A stretch of 64,000 nucleotides of DNA from Candidatus Yaniella excrementavium (GCA_019115865.1 DXCT01000005.1:26057-90056); one strand, 5' to 3'. Positions 9,878 through 23,775 are shown, numbered from the stretch's first letter. Notes: generated from the sequence alone by a model not told the origin. Made by a program: numbers and translations.

Positions 9878-10765
9878 TTATTCGTCTGAAGTTCCCAATC
9901 GCAGGACATTTGCCCAAGGGTCTTCGAACCGCAGAGTGCGGCCATCATCAACGACTTCAACACCGTAATGTTGGACTCTTTCCGCCACCTCACCCATCTC
10001 GTCTTTGGTGGGAAGCACGATATCAATCTCGCCGAGACCAAGCGTATTGTCACGGCGGCCTGAACCCCTACTGTTCCAGATGTTCATAGCCATGTGATGG
10101 TGGTATCCGCCGGCACTGACGAACAGCGCACCGGGAAAATCAGCTTTCGTTGCGTCGAAGCCGAGCCAATCCACATAAAATTTGTGTGCTCCTTCGAGGT
10201 TTCCGACCTGAAGGTGCACGTGTCCAATTGCGGCATCCCCAATAGCCGGATTCATCATGGCCTCTTCCGTCATGTAATCCTGAAGATACTGATTTGGATC
10301 AAGTAAGAGATTATCCATCTCCACCTGTCCATGCACCCAGCTCCAATCGCTGCGATCACGGTCCCAGTACAGTTCGATACCGTTTCCTTCAGGGTCATTG
10401 AAATAGAATGCCTTGCTGACCAAATGGTCGGCACTGCCGGTAAAGCTATTTGGCGCGTATTGGGCCACTGAATATACCGCAGCCGCCAGAGCTGTTTCGG
10501 TTTCAAACAGTATCGCTGTATGAAACAAACCCGCGGCACGCGGGGAAGCTTGTTTGAGCTCTGGCGAATGCTCCAGAATGACCAGTGGACGACTCCCCCG
10601 ACCGATAATGGCCGACGACCCCTGCTGATCAATAACGTTCAGAGGCAGTGCGTTAGTGTAATACCGAATCATGTTATCGAGGTCGGCGACTTTTAGTGTG
10701 ACAGCCCCCATTTCAGTTTCTGAAGCGAGGCGAGCATCCGACTGGATGAGTTCATGCTGAGTCAT
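9878..10765 (-). CDS. Two-domain VOC protein, CatE-like (catechol 2,3-dioxygenase-like)
   Basis: GLFHTAIL, ADHLVSKAFYFNDPEGNGIELY, GHVHL, GGYHHHMAMN. Confidence 0.82.
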   Translation of the reverse strand: MTQHELIQSDARLASETEMGAVTLKVADLDNMIRYYTNALPLNVIDQQGSSAIIGRGSRPLVILEHSPELKQASPRAAGLFHTAILFETETALAAAVYSVAQYAPNSFTGSADHLVSKAFYFNDPEGNGIELYWDRDRSDWSWVHGQVEMDNLLLDPNQYLQDYMTEEAMMNPAIGDAAIGHVHLQVGNLEGAHKFYVDWLGFDATKADFPGALFVSAGGYHHHMAMNIWNSRGSGRRDNTLGLGEIDIVLPTKDEMGEVAERVQHYGVEVVDDGRTLRFEDPWANVLRLGTSDE

Positions 10766-10956
10766 ATACCTGTTCCTAAGTTACGGCGTCGAAACACATG
10801 CGTTACCGAATACGATGCATGCAAGTGTGAAGCTTTCACCCACTATAACTGACTTGCTGCGGAAAGTATTCCACTAGTGATCAACCGCATACCGGACCCT
10901 GGTCGAATCATCGATACTGATGCACCGACCAGTTCTGCAGCGTAACGTCCGTTCCG

Positions 10957-11643
10957 TCACCAGGAAGCAGCTATAGCGACAAAATGTAGTGCCCATCCCA
11001 GGACCGTACAGACATGAAATGTCTCGTGGAATCCAAACGTGTAGCGGAACCAGTTAGGTCGTTTGAGAGCATAGATGATGGCGCCAACGGTATACAGGAG
11101 GCCGCCCAGAACCACAAGCCATACTACTGCGCCTCCGCCAGCACGATAGATGTCTGGCAGGAACCATATCGCGACCCAGCCAAGGACCACATAAATCGGA
11201 ACATAGACCCACCGTGGTGCCGAGATCCAAAACTGCCGTAAAGCAATACCCAACAAAGCACCTGGCCAGATGATTCCTAACAGCAGGGTACGTGTTTCTG
11301 GTTCCAGTAGCAGCACGGCTAACGGCGTATAGGTGCCAGCAATCAGCAGGTAAATATTGGAGTGGTCGATGCGTCGTAGTATGGCCCGCCGTGTCGGCTC
11401 CCAATTGCCGAGATGATAAACCGCCGATGCACCGAACAGTGTGACTGAGCACAGCACAAACACGGCGACGCTGAGTCGCGCATAGAGTTCGGCCGGTTGT
11501 GCAACTGCTATGAGCCCGGCGACCAGTGCCACCGGTGTGGCAATCAGATGTATCCAGCCGCGCAGCAGTGGCTTTTGAACCACAGTGGGAAGGCTATCCT
11601 GCTGCTCGTCATTGGCCAACTCGGCCGATTCTTGAGACGTCAT
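10957..11643 (-). CDS. Hemolysin III / PAQR family membrane protein (TrhA-like)
   Basis: KPLLRGWIH, SAVYH, RRIDHSNIYLLIAGTYTP, FGFHETFH. Confidence 0.9.
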   Translation of the reverse strand: MTSQESAELANDEQQDSLPTVVQKPLLRGWIHLIATPVALVAGLIAVAQPAELYARLSVAVFVLCSVTLFGASAVYHLGNWEPTRRAILRRIDHSNIYLLIAGTYTPLAVLLLEPETRTLLLGIIWPGALLGIALRQFWISAPRWVYVPIYVVLGWVAIWFLPDIYRAGGGAVVWLVVLGGLLYTVGAIIYALKRPNWFRYTFGFHETFHVCTVLGWALHFVAIAASW

Positions 11644-11790
11644 GTACGTTTCTTCCATGTTCTTTGGGCTTGGTCTTCTCGTGCACATCTACCCTACTGT
11701 TATTGCCCGAACCCATTGCAGTGGAGCTACATGTTCTGGCCCCCTGCAGGCTGCAGGGGACCAACTTCCCACTGCATATACAATCAAATC

Positions 11791-12624
11791 ATGTCTGCCG
11801 CTCATGCTCAGAAATTGACTAGTCACCTCCTTGACACGGTCCCTACCGCAGTTGCATCGCAAATCCAGACTTACGATTGGCAGCAAGCCAATGTTGTCGA
11901 GCGCGGCAAAGATCATGTCGTCGTGATTGCTGAAGATCTTGCCGTCGCTCGCCTGCCTCGTCGCGCTGATCCAGAATTGGTCCGTAGGGCGCAATTATTA
12001 GAGGAACTCCGATTACCCTGGCAGGTGCCGACACCCCTGTCTGGGATATATGACGGCGTGATACAGACGTTTATCCCGGGCTCAGCGCATCCGCATAATA
12101 GCGGTAATGCGGCGACGCTAGCGACCATAGTCGAAACGCTTGCCCAGCATGACACCTCGGATTTGAGCCTAGGCCAGCCCTTTGCCCAACGCGGCCGGAT
12201 CACCGAAGAGATGCTTGCTGGTTTAGACACGGCGGTTGAACACGGGATGCACCGAGCAATAGCCGAACACATTCATGCTTGGACAGATGAGGGCGTGGGG
12301 GCTGGGCTGGTACATGGTGACTTAGCCGGTCACAATATGCACTGGATAGATGGTGAACTCATCGGGATTTTGGATTGGGACTACGCAGCGATCTGGGATA
12401 CGGCGCTCAACGCGGCCTACTTGAATCTGTGGCACGGGGTTGCATTAGAAGATTTCTCTGCTGTTCCAAACCGAGCACGGGTCTGGTCGGGCGCCCTAGG
12501 ATTGTACTCCTTAGCAGATGCTCTGAGCTGGAATGTCTCCCCCGCTGGTTGGCGCCGGCTCAATGCCAAGGTTCAACCACGGATCCAGATCGCCTACAAC
12601 GCACTGCAGCACGCGGAAGCTTAG
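11791..12624 (+). CDS. Aminoglycoside phosphotransferase (APH)-like kinase
   Basis: Brenner motif LVHGDLAGHN and GILDWD; start at ATG 11791 after TACAAT. Confidence 0.8.
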   Translation: MSAAHAQKLTSHLLDTVPTAVASQIQTYDWQQANVVERGKDHVVVIAEDLAVARLPRRADPELVRRAQLLEELRLPWQVPTPLSGIYDGVIQTFIPGSAHPHNSGNAATLATIVETLAQHDTSDLSLGQPFAQRGRITEEMLAGLDTAVEHGMHRAIAEHIHAWTDEGVGAGLVHGDLAGHNMHWIDGELIGILDWDYAAIWDTALNAAYLNLWHGVALEDFSAVPNRARVWSGALGLYSLADALSWNVSPAGWRRLNAKVQPRIQIAYNALQHAEA

Positions 12625-13685
12625 CGCAAACGGTCTGGTAGCAGATCTGCTACGGCTTGGTGGCTGACCCAGTCCCCCACTGTGTCGTCGAGTATGAGCT
12701 CGGCGGCAAGTTTGGCAAAGCCCAAAGCAGTTTGAAAACCGTAGCCGGATTGGCCGGCTAGCCAGAAAAACCCGGGCTGGGTATCAAAGCCCACGACCGG
12801 TACTGCGTCACAGGTTTGGGTTCGAAGTCCGGTCCAAGCACTGCGTACGCCTGTGATACGCAGTGTCGTATCGGCTTGGATTTCCTTGATCATCGCCGAA
12901 ATATCGGCATCTTTGGGCTGCGCGTCTTCCGGAATGGATGGAACGGCTTCTTGCGGGGATGCCAAGATGGCGTACTCGTCTTCGTATCGGTAGTAATATC
13001 CACCGATCTTCATGACCATGCAGCGATCTGCGGAAATCGGGGTATCGATTTCTAAAATGGCTGCACTACGACGCAATGGAGTGAGCCCCAGCGGGGCTAC
13101 CCCAAATACTTCGGCGACCTCATCGGACCAAGCACCGGCCGCATTAATAACCATTTGCGCTGTATAGGTATTCTGGTTTGTCGTGACAGTCCAGAATCCA
13201 TCGCGAAATACAGCGTCAGTAACTCGTTCGCCAAGACGAATGTCGACAAGGTTTGCTTCTGTGACCAGCCAGTCGATCATGGCGGTTGCGCGGATGCGCA
13301 ACGAGCGGGTGTCCAGTGCCCCTGCTGTTAGCCGTCGGGGGCGCAATTCTGGCACCAGCGTGTGCAGAACGTTTTTGTCTTGACGAATCTGGCCGGGGTA
13401 GGCATGACTATCGACGTCATTATCGGTACCAACCATCATGAACGAGGACGGCCACACAACGGGCGTATCTAATGTTTGTTGCTGCGACTCAAGCATGCTG
13501 ACAGTGAGGTCTGTGAGTTCGCGAACCGCTGGTGGCCCATAGCCTAAAATCAATTGCTCGGCAGACCGACCTGAGGTGTGATAGGCCAATGCATCTTCTG
13601 CTTCAAGCAAGGTGACAGGTTTTCCGCGCTTCGAGAGTTCTCGCGCCAGTGAGATACCTGCGATCCCGCCGCCGATAATAATCAA
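12621..13685 (-). CDS. FAD-dependent oxidoreductase, DAO/D-amino-acid dehydrogenase family
   Basis: IIIGGGIAG, HTSGRSA, INAAGAW, WTGLRT, GQSGYGFQT. Confidence 0.85.
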   Translation of the reverse strand: MIIIGGGIAGISLARELSKRGKPVTLLEAEDALAYHTSGRSAEQLILGYGPPAVRELTDLTVSMLESQQQTLDTPVVWPSSFMMVGTDNDVDSHAYPGQIRQDKNVLHTLVPELRPRRLTAGALDTRSLRIRATAMIDWLVTEANLVDIRLGERVTDAVFRDGFWTVTTNQNTYTAQMVINAAGAWSDEVAEVFGVAPLGLTPLRRSAAILEIDTPISADRCMVMKIGGYYYRYEDEYAILASPQEAVPSIPEDAQPKDADISAMIKEIQADTTLRITGVRSAWTGLRTQTCDAVPVVGFDTQPGFFWLAGQSGYGFQTALGFAKLAAELILDDTVGDWVSHQAVADLLPDRLR

Positions 13686-13735
13686 GTTGGTTCCTTCATA
13701 CGCAATGATCGTGAGACTGTCAGTGTGGCGAGTCT

Positions 13736-13781
13736 GCTAGAAAAAACGGGCAGCCTGAGATGGCTGCCCGTTTTTTCTAGC
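13736..13781 (-). terminator. Terminator after gatB (symmetric A/T tails)
   Basis: GCTAGAAAAAACGGGCAGCC-tgagat-GGCTGCCCGTTTTTTCTAGC. Confidence 0.85.
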
Positions 13782-13786
13782 TGCAA

Positions 13787-15259
13787 CTAACCGATTTTTT
13801 CCAAAATGATCTCGCGAACGCGACCAGCATCGGCTTGTCCCTTGGTGGCCTTCATAACCGGACCAATCAGAGCACCAACAGCTTGCATGTGACCGTCTTT
13901 GATACGTTCAACGACATCAGGATTGGCGGCCATTGCCTCCTCCACTGCAGCAGTCAGGGCACCGTCATCAGAGACCACAGCAAGTGAGCGTGCTTCAACA
14001 ACTTCTGTCGGACGACCTTCGCCTTCGGCCACGTGACCGACAACCTGGCGTGCAATCTTGTCGTTGATTGTACTGTCAGCTATCAGCCGTTCGATTTCGA
14101 CGACGTCGGCCGCAGTAACGCCCAATGCTTCAGGTGACACACCTTTTTCATTCGCGATGCGCGCGATTTCGCCCATCCACCATTTGCGTGCAGCTTCGGC
14201 AGTTGCTCCCGCCACGACGGTCGCTTCGATTTCATCGAGTACACCGGCGGCAACGACGTCGCGGAACTCCGATTCAGAGAATGCCCATTCTTCACGCAAT
14301 CGGCGACGGCGTTGTATCGGGTTCTCTGGCAGCTCTGCACGAAGGCGATCAATCCAGGCTTCATCGGTGACGATGGGCACCAGGTCAGGATCTGAGAAGT
14401 AACGGTAGTCGTCGGCATCAGATTTTGGCCGTCCAGAGCGGGTAGACCGGGATTCTTCATCCCAGTGTCGTGTTTCCTGTGTGATGGATTCACCCGCGTC
14501 AAGGGCTTTGGCCTGACGAATGATTTCAGATTCTACGGCTGCGGCGACGGCACGTGTGGAGTTCACGTTTTTTGTTTCGGTACGAGTACCGAAGGTTGCA
14601 GAGCCGATCGGCATCAACGAGACGTTGGCGTCACAACGGATATTGCCTCGTTCCATACGAGCATCGGAGACATTGAGCGCTTTAACAATATCTCTGATAG
14701 TGGCAAGATACGCGCGTGCCAGTTCTGGTGCACGTTCACCGGCTCCGGTAATAGGTCGCGAGACAATTTCTACCAGTGGCACTCCAGCGCGGTTGTAGTC
14801 CACCAAGGAAGCGGAGGCGTCATGGATACGCCCGGTGGAGCCCATGTGGGTGAGTTTGCCGGCGTCTTCTTCAATGTGTGCACGTTCAATTTCGACGCGG
14901 AAAATTTCGCCGTCATCAAGTTCCACATCCACATAGCCGTCATAGGCAATAGCTGGTTCCAACTGGGATGTTTGGTAGTTCTTTCCTAGGTCCGGATAGA
15001 AATATTGTTTCCGGGCGAAACGTGATTGCGGTGCAATAGTGCAGTTCAGGGCCAAGCCAAGTTTGATACCGTAATCGATGCCGACCCGGTTGATGGTCGG
15101 CAGGGTGCCCGGCATGCCCAGGTCACCTGCAGTGACATTGGAGTTCGGTTGATCTCCGAACGCGTTGGTTGCGGTGGAAAACATTTTGGTGGCGGTATTG
15201 AGTTCTACGTGAACTTCAAAACCGAGAACCGGTTCATAGGTTTGTAATGCGGTTTTCAT
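13787..15259 (-). CDS. gatB: Asp/Glu-tRNA(Asn/Gln) amidotransferase subunit B
   Basis: GFEVHVEL, YFYPD, HIEEDAGK, NRAGVPLVEIV, RCDANVS, QETR, C-terminal YqeY domain. Confidence 0.96.
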   Translation of the reverse strand: MKTALQTYEPVLGFEVHVELNTATKMFSTATNAFGDQPNSNVTAGDLGMPGTLPTINRVGIDYGIKLGLALNCTIAPQSRFARKQYFYPDLGKNYQTSQLEPAIAYDGYVDVELDDGEIFRVEIERAHIEEDAGKLTHMGSTGRIHDASASLVDYNRAGVPLVEIVSRPITGAGERAPELARAYLATIRDIVKALNVSDARMERGNIRCDANVSLMPIGSATFGTRTETKNVNSTRAVAAAVESEIIRQAKALDAGESITQETRHWDEESRSTRSGRPKSDADDYRYFSDPDLVPIVTDEAWIDRLRAELPENPIQRRRRLREEWAFSESEFRDVVAAGVLDEIEATVVAGATAEAARKWWMGEIARIANEKGVSPEALGVTAADVVEIERLIADSTINDKIARQVVGHVAEGEGRPTEVVEARSLAVVSDDGALTAAVEEAMAANPDVVERIKDGHMQAVGALIGPVMKATKGQADAGRVREIILEKIG

Positions 15260-16530
15260 GCTGCTGCTCCTGCCGTGGATTCAACGACGGCGCTGATGCG
15301 GTAGACCAGTTCGTCTGCATAGGTTGGTGCACAAATATGGAGACCTGCCACGCTTGCTGCGGGCAGACCTGCAAGTGAGGCACCTATACCTGCGTTTGTG
15401 GATTCGTATTCTTCGCCCTGCTGTATGTTCGCCGGTACTGCAATAGCATCAACAGCGTTAAACGCGCTGTTGTACTCGTTGATGACAGCGGTGCGGACTT
15501 TCTGTGCCGGATAGAAGTGAGATTCGATGGTCCCTGAGGACAGCATGTGCGTGCCCACGATAATGCGGCGTTTGGTTTGGTAGCCAAATCCGGCACCGCG
15601 CGATGCGGTGATGACATCCTGCACGGTTCCATTGTCAGGAGTTACACGGTTTCCAAAACGAATACCATCGAATTTTGCCAAGTTGGCGGAAAATTCTGCG
15701 GCACCGATAACGTGGGCGGCCTGTGCTGCTTGCTCCAGGGCATCCATGGTGACCTGTTTTGTGGTCATTCCGGCGTCTTGCAGCGACTTCACGCCTGCCT
15801 GATAGGTGGCCCACGCGTCGTCGGTGACGTTGGCCGGCTGGTCGTTGAACACGCCAATTGTGCCACCTGCAACGGCGGCCTCGGAGGAAAAGTCCCAGTT
15901 GTATTCGACACTGGTTGGATCCAGTTCGTCAGCACCGACCATGACCTGGTGCAGTGCTTTAGCGTCTGCGGTATTTCGGGCAATCGGTGTCACCGTATCC
16001 ATGGAGGATACAGCAGCAACCACCCCGAACCGCGAGATCGCACCATAGGTTGGCTTCACCGCAACAATCCCGGTCTCGGATGCGATGTGGCGCGCTGTGC
16101 CAGCGGTATCTGATACCACGGCGAAGGGAGCCTGGTAATGTGCAACAGCTTCGTGCGCCCCGGAATCGTGGCCCATCCCGAATTCAGAAACCCGTGCCTT
16201 GGCCAGAATCGGCAAGCCGGCATCTCGCAGTCGCGCTACCGCGGTGGCTTCATAGGGAGCGACCCAGCCGTCGAGGTAAGCAGAGCCTGCCGCGGTTGGC
16301 ATGTTTTTGGTGACCAGAACATCGGCCAGGACGACTGGCACACCGGCCAGTGGATGGTCATATTTGCCGGCGTCGACATCCGCGGCGACAGCCAGCGCTT
16401 CGTCAGCGTTAATATAAACAAACGCGGTCGAGGCAGCATCCAGGTGCGCCTGTACGAGTTCGACAGCCGAGGCTTGGCCTGCGCGAAGCTTTGCCGCCAT
16501 TTCGCCAGCGGTCAGTTGTGTAAGATGCAT
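15256..16530 (-). CDS. gatA: GatA homolog with degenerate amidase active site (putative pseudo-enzyme)
   Basis: Lies between gatC and gatB; KPTYGAISRFG, NLAKFDGIRFG, KRRIIVGT and AQKVRT conserved; catalytic Lys, GGSS loop and nucleophile Ser absent; 424 aa. Confidence 0.9.
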   Translation of the reverse strand: MHLTQLTAGEMAAKLRAGQASAVELVQAHLDAASTAFVYINADEALAVAADVDAGKYDHPLAGVPVVLADVLVTKNMPTAAGSAYLDGWVAPYEATAVARLRDAGLPILAKARVSEFGMGHDSGAHEAVAHYQAPFAVVSDTAGTARHIASETGIVAVKPTYGAISRFGVVAAVSSMDTVTPIARNTADAKALHQVMVGADELDPTSVEYNWDFSSEAAVAGGTIGVFNDQPANVTDDAWATYQAGVKSLQDAGMTTKQVTMDALEQAAQAAHVIGAAEFSANLAKFDGIRFGNRVTPDNGTVQDVITASRGAGFGYQTKRRIIVGTHMLSSGTIESHFYPAQKVRTAVINEYNSAFNAVDAIAVPANIQQGEEYESTNAGIGASLAGLPAASVAGLHICAPTYADELVYRISAVVESTAGAAA

Positions 16531-16796
16531 TATTCTCCGTCCAGGATTGCGGGGACCATGAATTGTCCGTCTTGGGATTCGGGGGCCGCAGAAAGCGCCT
16601 GCTCGTTGGACAGTTCATTGGCGACGACGTCAGCACGGACCTTATTGTTGACGGGCAGCGGATTGACAGTCACCGGAAGCTGTTCATCAGCGGTCACCGC
16701 AAGCGAATCGATAATCGGATCAAACTCGGCGGCTAAACGCTGCCGTTCGTCCTCCGTTAGGGCTATGTGGGCGGTCGCTGCTATGTTGTCAACCAT
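16530..16796 (-). CDS. gatC: Asp/Glu-tRNA amidotransferase subunit C
   Basis: AHIALTEDE, VRADVV, ALSAAP, FMVPAIL; RBS AAGGAG; stop overlaps gatA ATG. Confidence 0.9.
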   Translation of the reverse strand: MVDNIAATAHIALTEDERQRLAAEFDPIIDSLAVTADEQLPVTVNPLPVNNKVRADVVANELSNEQALSAAPESQDGQFMVPAILDGE

Positions 16797-16808
16797 GATT
16801 CTCCTTCA

Positions 16809-17320
16809 CTAGATATTTAAGTTTAAAGGGTGGGCATAAACCAGAAAGGTTTCGAGTCCTTGTTCGTAGTCCACGATGCCTGCTGTGTACAAATTCCAGT
16901 CTCGGTCTGGTTCGCGGTGGAAACCTAACCTGGTATACATTGCCTGGGCGGTGGTCATTGAGCCCATGGTGGTGATGACCACCTGAGAAAGGTCGCGCTG
17001 CCGAGCGTGATCCAAGACAAATCCAACAAGCTCACGGCCTATCCCTCGGCCTTGGTATCGGGGATGCACCGCTAGCATACGAAATTCAAGCTCGTTGTCG
17101 TAAGCTACTTCGATCATTGATGATCCAGGGACGGCGATATTCACGCTACCTGCCACCTGCCCCTCAACGTCAGCGACGAACAGGTTTGCCCTACGGGCTT
17201 GCACATCGGTCAGTTCAGCGACATACGGGTCGGAAGCTGCCACATGCCCAGACTCGACATATGCCAGGTAGGTCAGGTCGGCAACTGCCGGTAAGTCATC
17301 TACAGTGGCAGGTCGAATGG

Positions 17321-17327
<7 letters not shown>
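16809..17327 (-). CDS. GNAT family N-acetyltransferase
   Basis: FRMLAVHPRYQGRGIG, YTRLGF; GTG 17327 after GGGAGG. Confidence 0.85.
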
Positions 17328-21321
<3,994 letters not shown>

Positions 21322-21322
<1 letters not shown>

Positions 21323-22479
21323 TAGTCAACCTCTATTCCATCTCCGGCACCGCGCAAAAGCATTGATGGGTTAATCGGTCCAAAGCCACGCACTGATTGC
21401 GGCGGTTGTGGAATGAGGATATATCGCTCATCGTCGGCCAAGACATTTGCGGTCAACTGATCTACCAGCACCGTCCCGGGGTCAGCCAGTGCGGTGAGTC
21501 GGGCTGCCAGATTCACAGTTGGTCCGTAGATATCGCCGAGGCGGGACAGTACACGACCCCACACCACTGACACACGTGCCGATGGCAGCACAGGATCTTC
21601 ACTTAACGCTTGGGATAAAGCCAACGCAATATCCGCTCCTGCTTCAGGGGTTTCAGCATTGAAGAGCACTTCATCCCCCACGGTTTTGACCAAGTGCCCC
21701 CCTCCGACTGCAATGATTTCGGCACACGTTTGTTCAAACCGCTGCACCATTTGTGCAAGCGTACGCTCGCTCATTGTTCGAGACAATGCTGTGTAGGAAA
21801 CCATGTCGGCGAAGCCAACGGCACGGGCTAACGGCAGGGGTGCGTCATCTTCCGTTCCGTCGCGACCTTCTTCCGAGGCTACCAACCCTGCTTCGACACG
21901 AACGGTCAACCGCTGCAGTGCCGAATTGAGCTGTCTACGATACGAATAGGTGACGACGTCTTCAAGCGATTCGATCATCGAGGGCAAAAGGCGGACGACT
22001 TCACGCCGCGCTTCCGGATCGGAAAGCTGTTCTGCGTTCATCTTGTCTTCAACCAACGCTTCAATCTGCCAGACCACCATGCGGTCCGTCATCTGGCCAA
22101 TTGAACGAGCTACCGAGATCGCGGTTTCTTCATTGAGGACATCTTCACGCACCAGCTCCACGATGGTCGCCATGGCGGCCACATCTTGCTCAGTAAATAC
22201 CTTTTCATCGGCTTTAATATTAGGAAAGCCCATCGCACGCCAGATTTTGCGTGCCGAAACCACAGAAACGCCTAGTTCCTTAGCCAATGCGCGGGGTGTC
22301 AGATATCGAGGACCGCCAATCAGTTCTTCGTCGAGCACCTTGATCGCTTGGGTCCAAGTCTCAGAAAATGGTTCAGCATCCCCGAGATCAGCGGATGTTG
22401 GTGTGCCCCGCTGGACGATGTCCAGCGGCCTGGTAGGTGTGGGATCCTCGTAGATGTCGTCGGTTGAGTCGTTGCTCAC
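21322..22479 (-). CDS. Class III adenylate cyclase (soluble)
   Basis: GFADMVSYT, VKTVGDEV, GDIYGPTVNLAARL: metal Asps, ATP-specifying K/D and N/R all present. Confidence 0.9.
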
Positions 22480-23015
22480 ATGCCCCTACTTTCACTGAGC
22501 GGACCGCCGGTGTACCGACCATAGGAACCAAACCGTTCCGTATCGACCAGCGTCTGAAATTCGGAAACTTTTGGAATATCGTGCAGGACCCAGGTTTGGC
22601 CGCGCGAGTTCATCAGATGCAGGTCTCCTGAACCTCTGCGACGTTGGCTGCGCGATTGTCGTATTTGCAGCGACACGAGCGAATGCAGGGCGACCCAGTG
22701 ACGCTTGACTGCGATCGCACCGAGTTTATGCGCTACCCGGTGTGTGGTGATTTCATACTGGGAGACTAACCACTGCCAGGCGGGTCGCACCACGCTGAGA
22801 AACACGCCTATTGCTATCAGTCCAAGGGCAATCGTGGTCAGAGTCGTGGCAGACGTTCGCAAAAACTCTGGCAAGGCGTAACTGGATAACAGCCCTGAGA
22901 TGAAGCCGGATAACGTGGCCCACAGCACCAGATTCCAGGCAGGGCGGATAAGCACCGATGGGTGCGCTCGAGTACGCACCAGCAGGTGTTCACCTGTCAC
23001 ATAATGTGATCGCAT
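22476..23015 (-). CDS. Membrane protein with bacterial PH-like domain
   Basis: Two TM helices then YEITTHRV...GSGDL; typical birA neighbour. Confidence 0.7.
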   Translation of the reverse strand: MRSHYVTGEHLLVRTRAHPSVLIRPAWNLVLWATLSGFISGLLSSYALPEFLRTSATTLTTIALGLIAIGVFLSVVRPAWQWLVSQYEITTHRVAHKLGAIAVKRHWVALHSLVSLQIRQSRSQRRRGSGDLHLMNSRGQTWVLHDIPKVSEFQTLVDTERFGSYGRYTGGPLSESRGM

Positions 23016-23043
23016 GCCCCTCCTTTGTATCCGACCTTATGTG

Positions 23044-23775
23044 TCACGCCGCTCGTAAATGCACGATATCTGCGGCAAATACTTCGTGCACGGTTTCGTC
23101 TTGTATTAATAGGCTACCCGTCGCGCCAAGTCCAAGAGCCGTTCCGACAATATCTTTACCATCCGGCATATTTGCTCTCACGTACTGGCCGAGGGTCGAC
23201 AGTGTCGGCTCTAGGCGCTGGGGCGTTGGATCGGTTTCAAATTCGCCCACTGCATCCAGCAGACGTTGACGTGCAATCTTCACAAACTCCTGCGGTTCCA
23301 TCACCACACCATAGTCTGCGAGCGCAGCGGCGGTATCTACAGCTTTCGTGTCACCAAACTTCAGGTTGGTTCCAATACCAACGACCACGGTATTGGTTTG
23401 GGGCAGCCACTGGGCCAAGATGCCGCATAATTTCTTGCCATCTGGGCCCAGCACGTCATTGGGCCATTTGACCCCCGCATTGACATCAAGTTCTCGGAAC
23501 CAGCGCACCAAGGCATCAGCCACCACAAGAGTTAGCGTGCCAAAAAGTTGCGGTTCAAGATGGGGCCGCAAGACCATAGACATCGCAGCGGCAGTGCCCG
23601 CCGGGGTATCCCAGCTACGGTCGAGTCTCCCCCGCCCTGCTGTCTGGTTGCCTGTAGCAATGACGTCTCCATGCACGAAATCGGCCGCACCGGCCACGAG
23701 GACATCCTGGGTAGAGGCCACTTGATCCACCCAGTATACGCCCGAGGCGATCCGTTGATATTCTTTTTGCGCCAC
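23044..23775 (-). CDS. birA: Biotin--[acetyl-CoA carboxylase] ligase
   Basis: QTAGRGRLDRSW, KWPNDV, KLCGIL, GIGTN; no N-terminal HTH. Confidence 0.93.
   Translation of the reverse strand: MAQKEYQRIASGVYWVDQVASTQDVLVAGAADFVHGDVIATGNQTAGRGRLDRSWDTPAGTAAAMSMVLRPHLEPQLFGTLTLVVADALVRWFRELDVNAGVKWPNDVLGPDGKKLCGILAQWLPQTNTVVVGIGTNLKFGDTKAVDTAAALADYGVVMEPQEFVKIARQRLLDAVGEFETDPTPQRLEPTLSTLGQYVRANMPDGKDIVGTALGLGATGSLLIQDETVHEVFAADIVHLRAA

Noticed and set aside
15256-16530. gatA as a simple pseudogene or sequencing artefact
   Set aside because: No frameshift or internal stop, coupling to both neighbours is preserved, and losses are in-frame and concentrated at the active site
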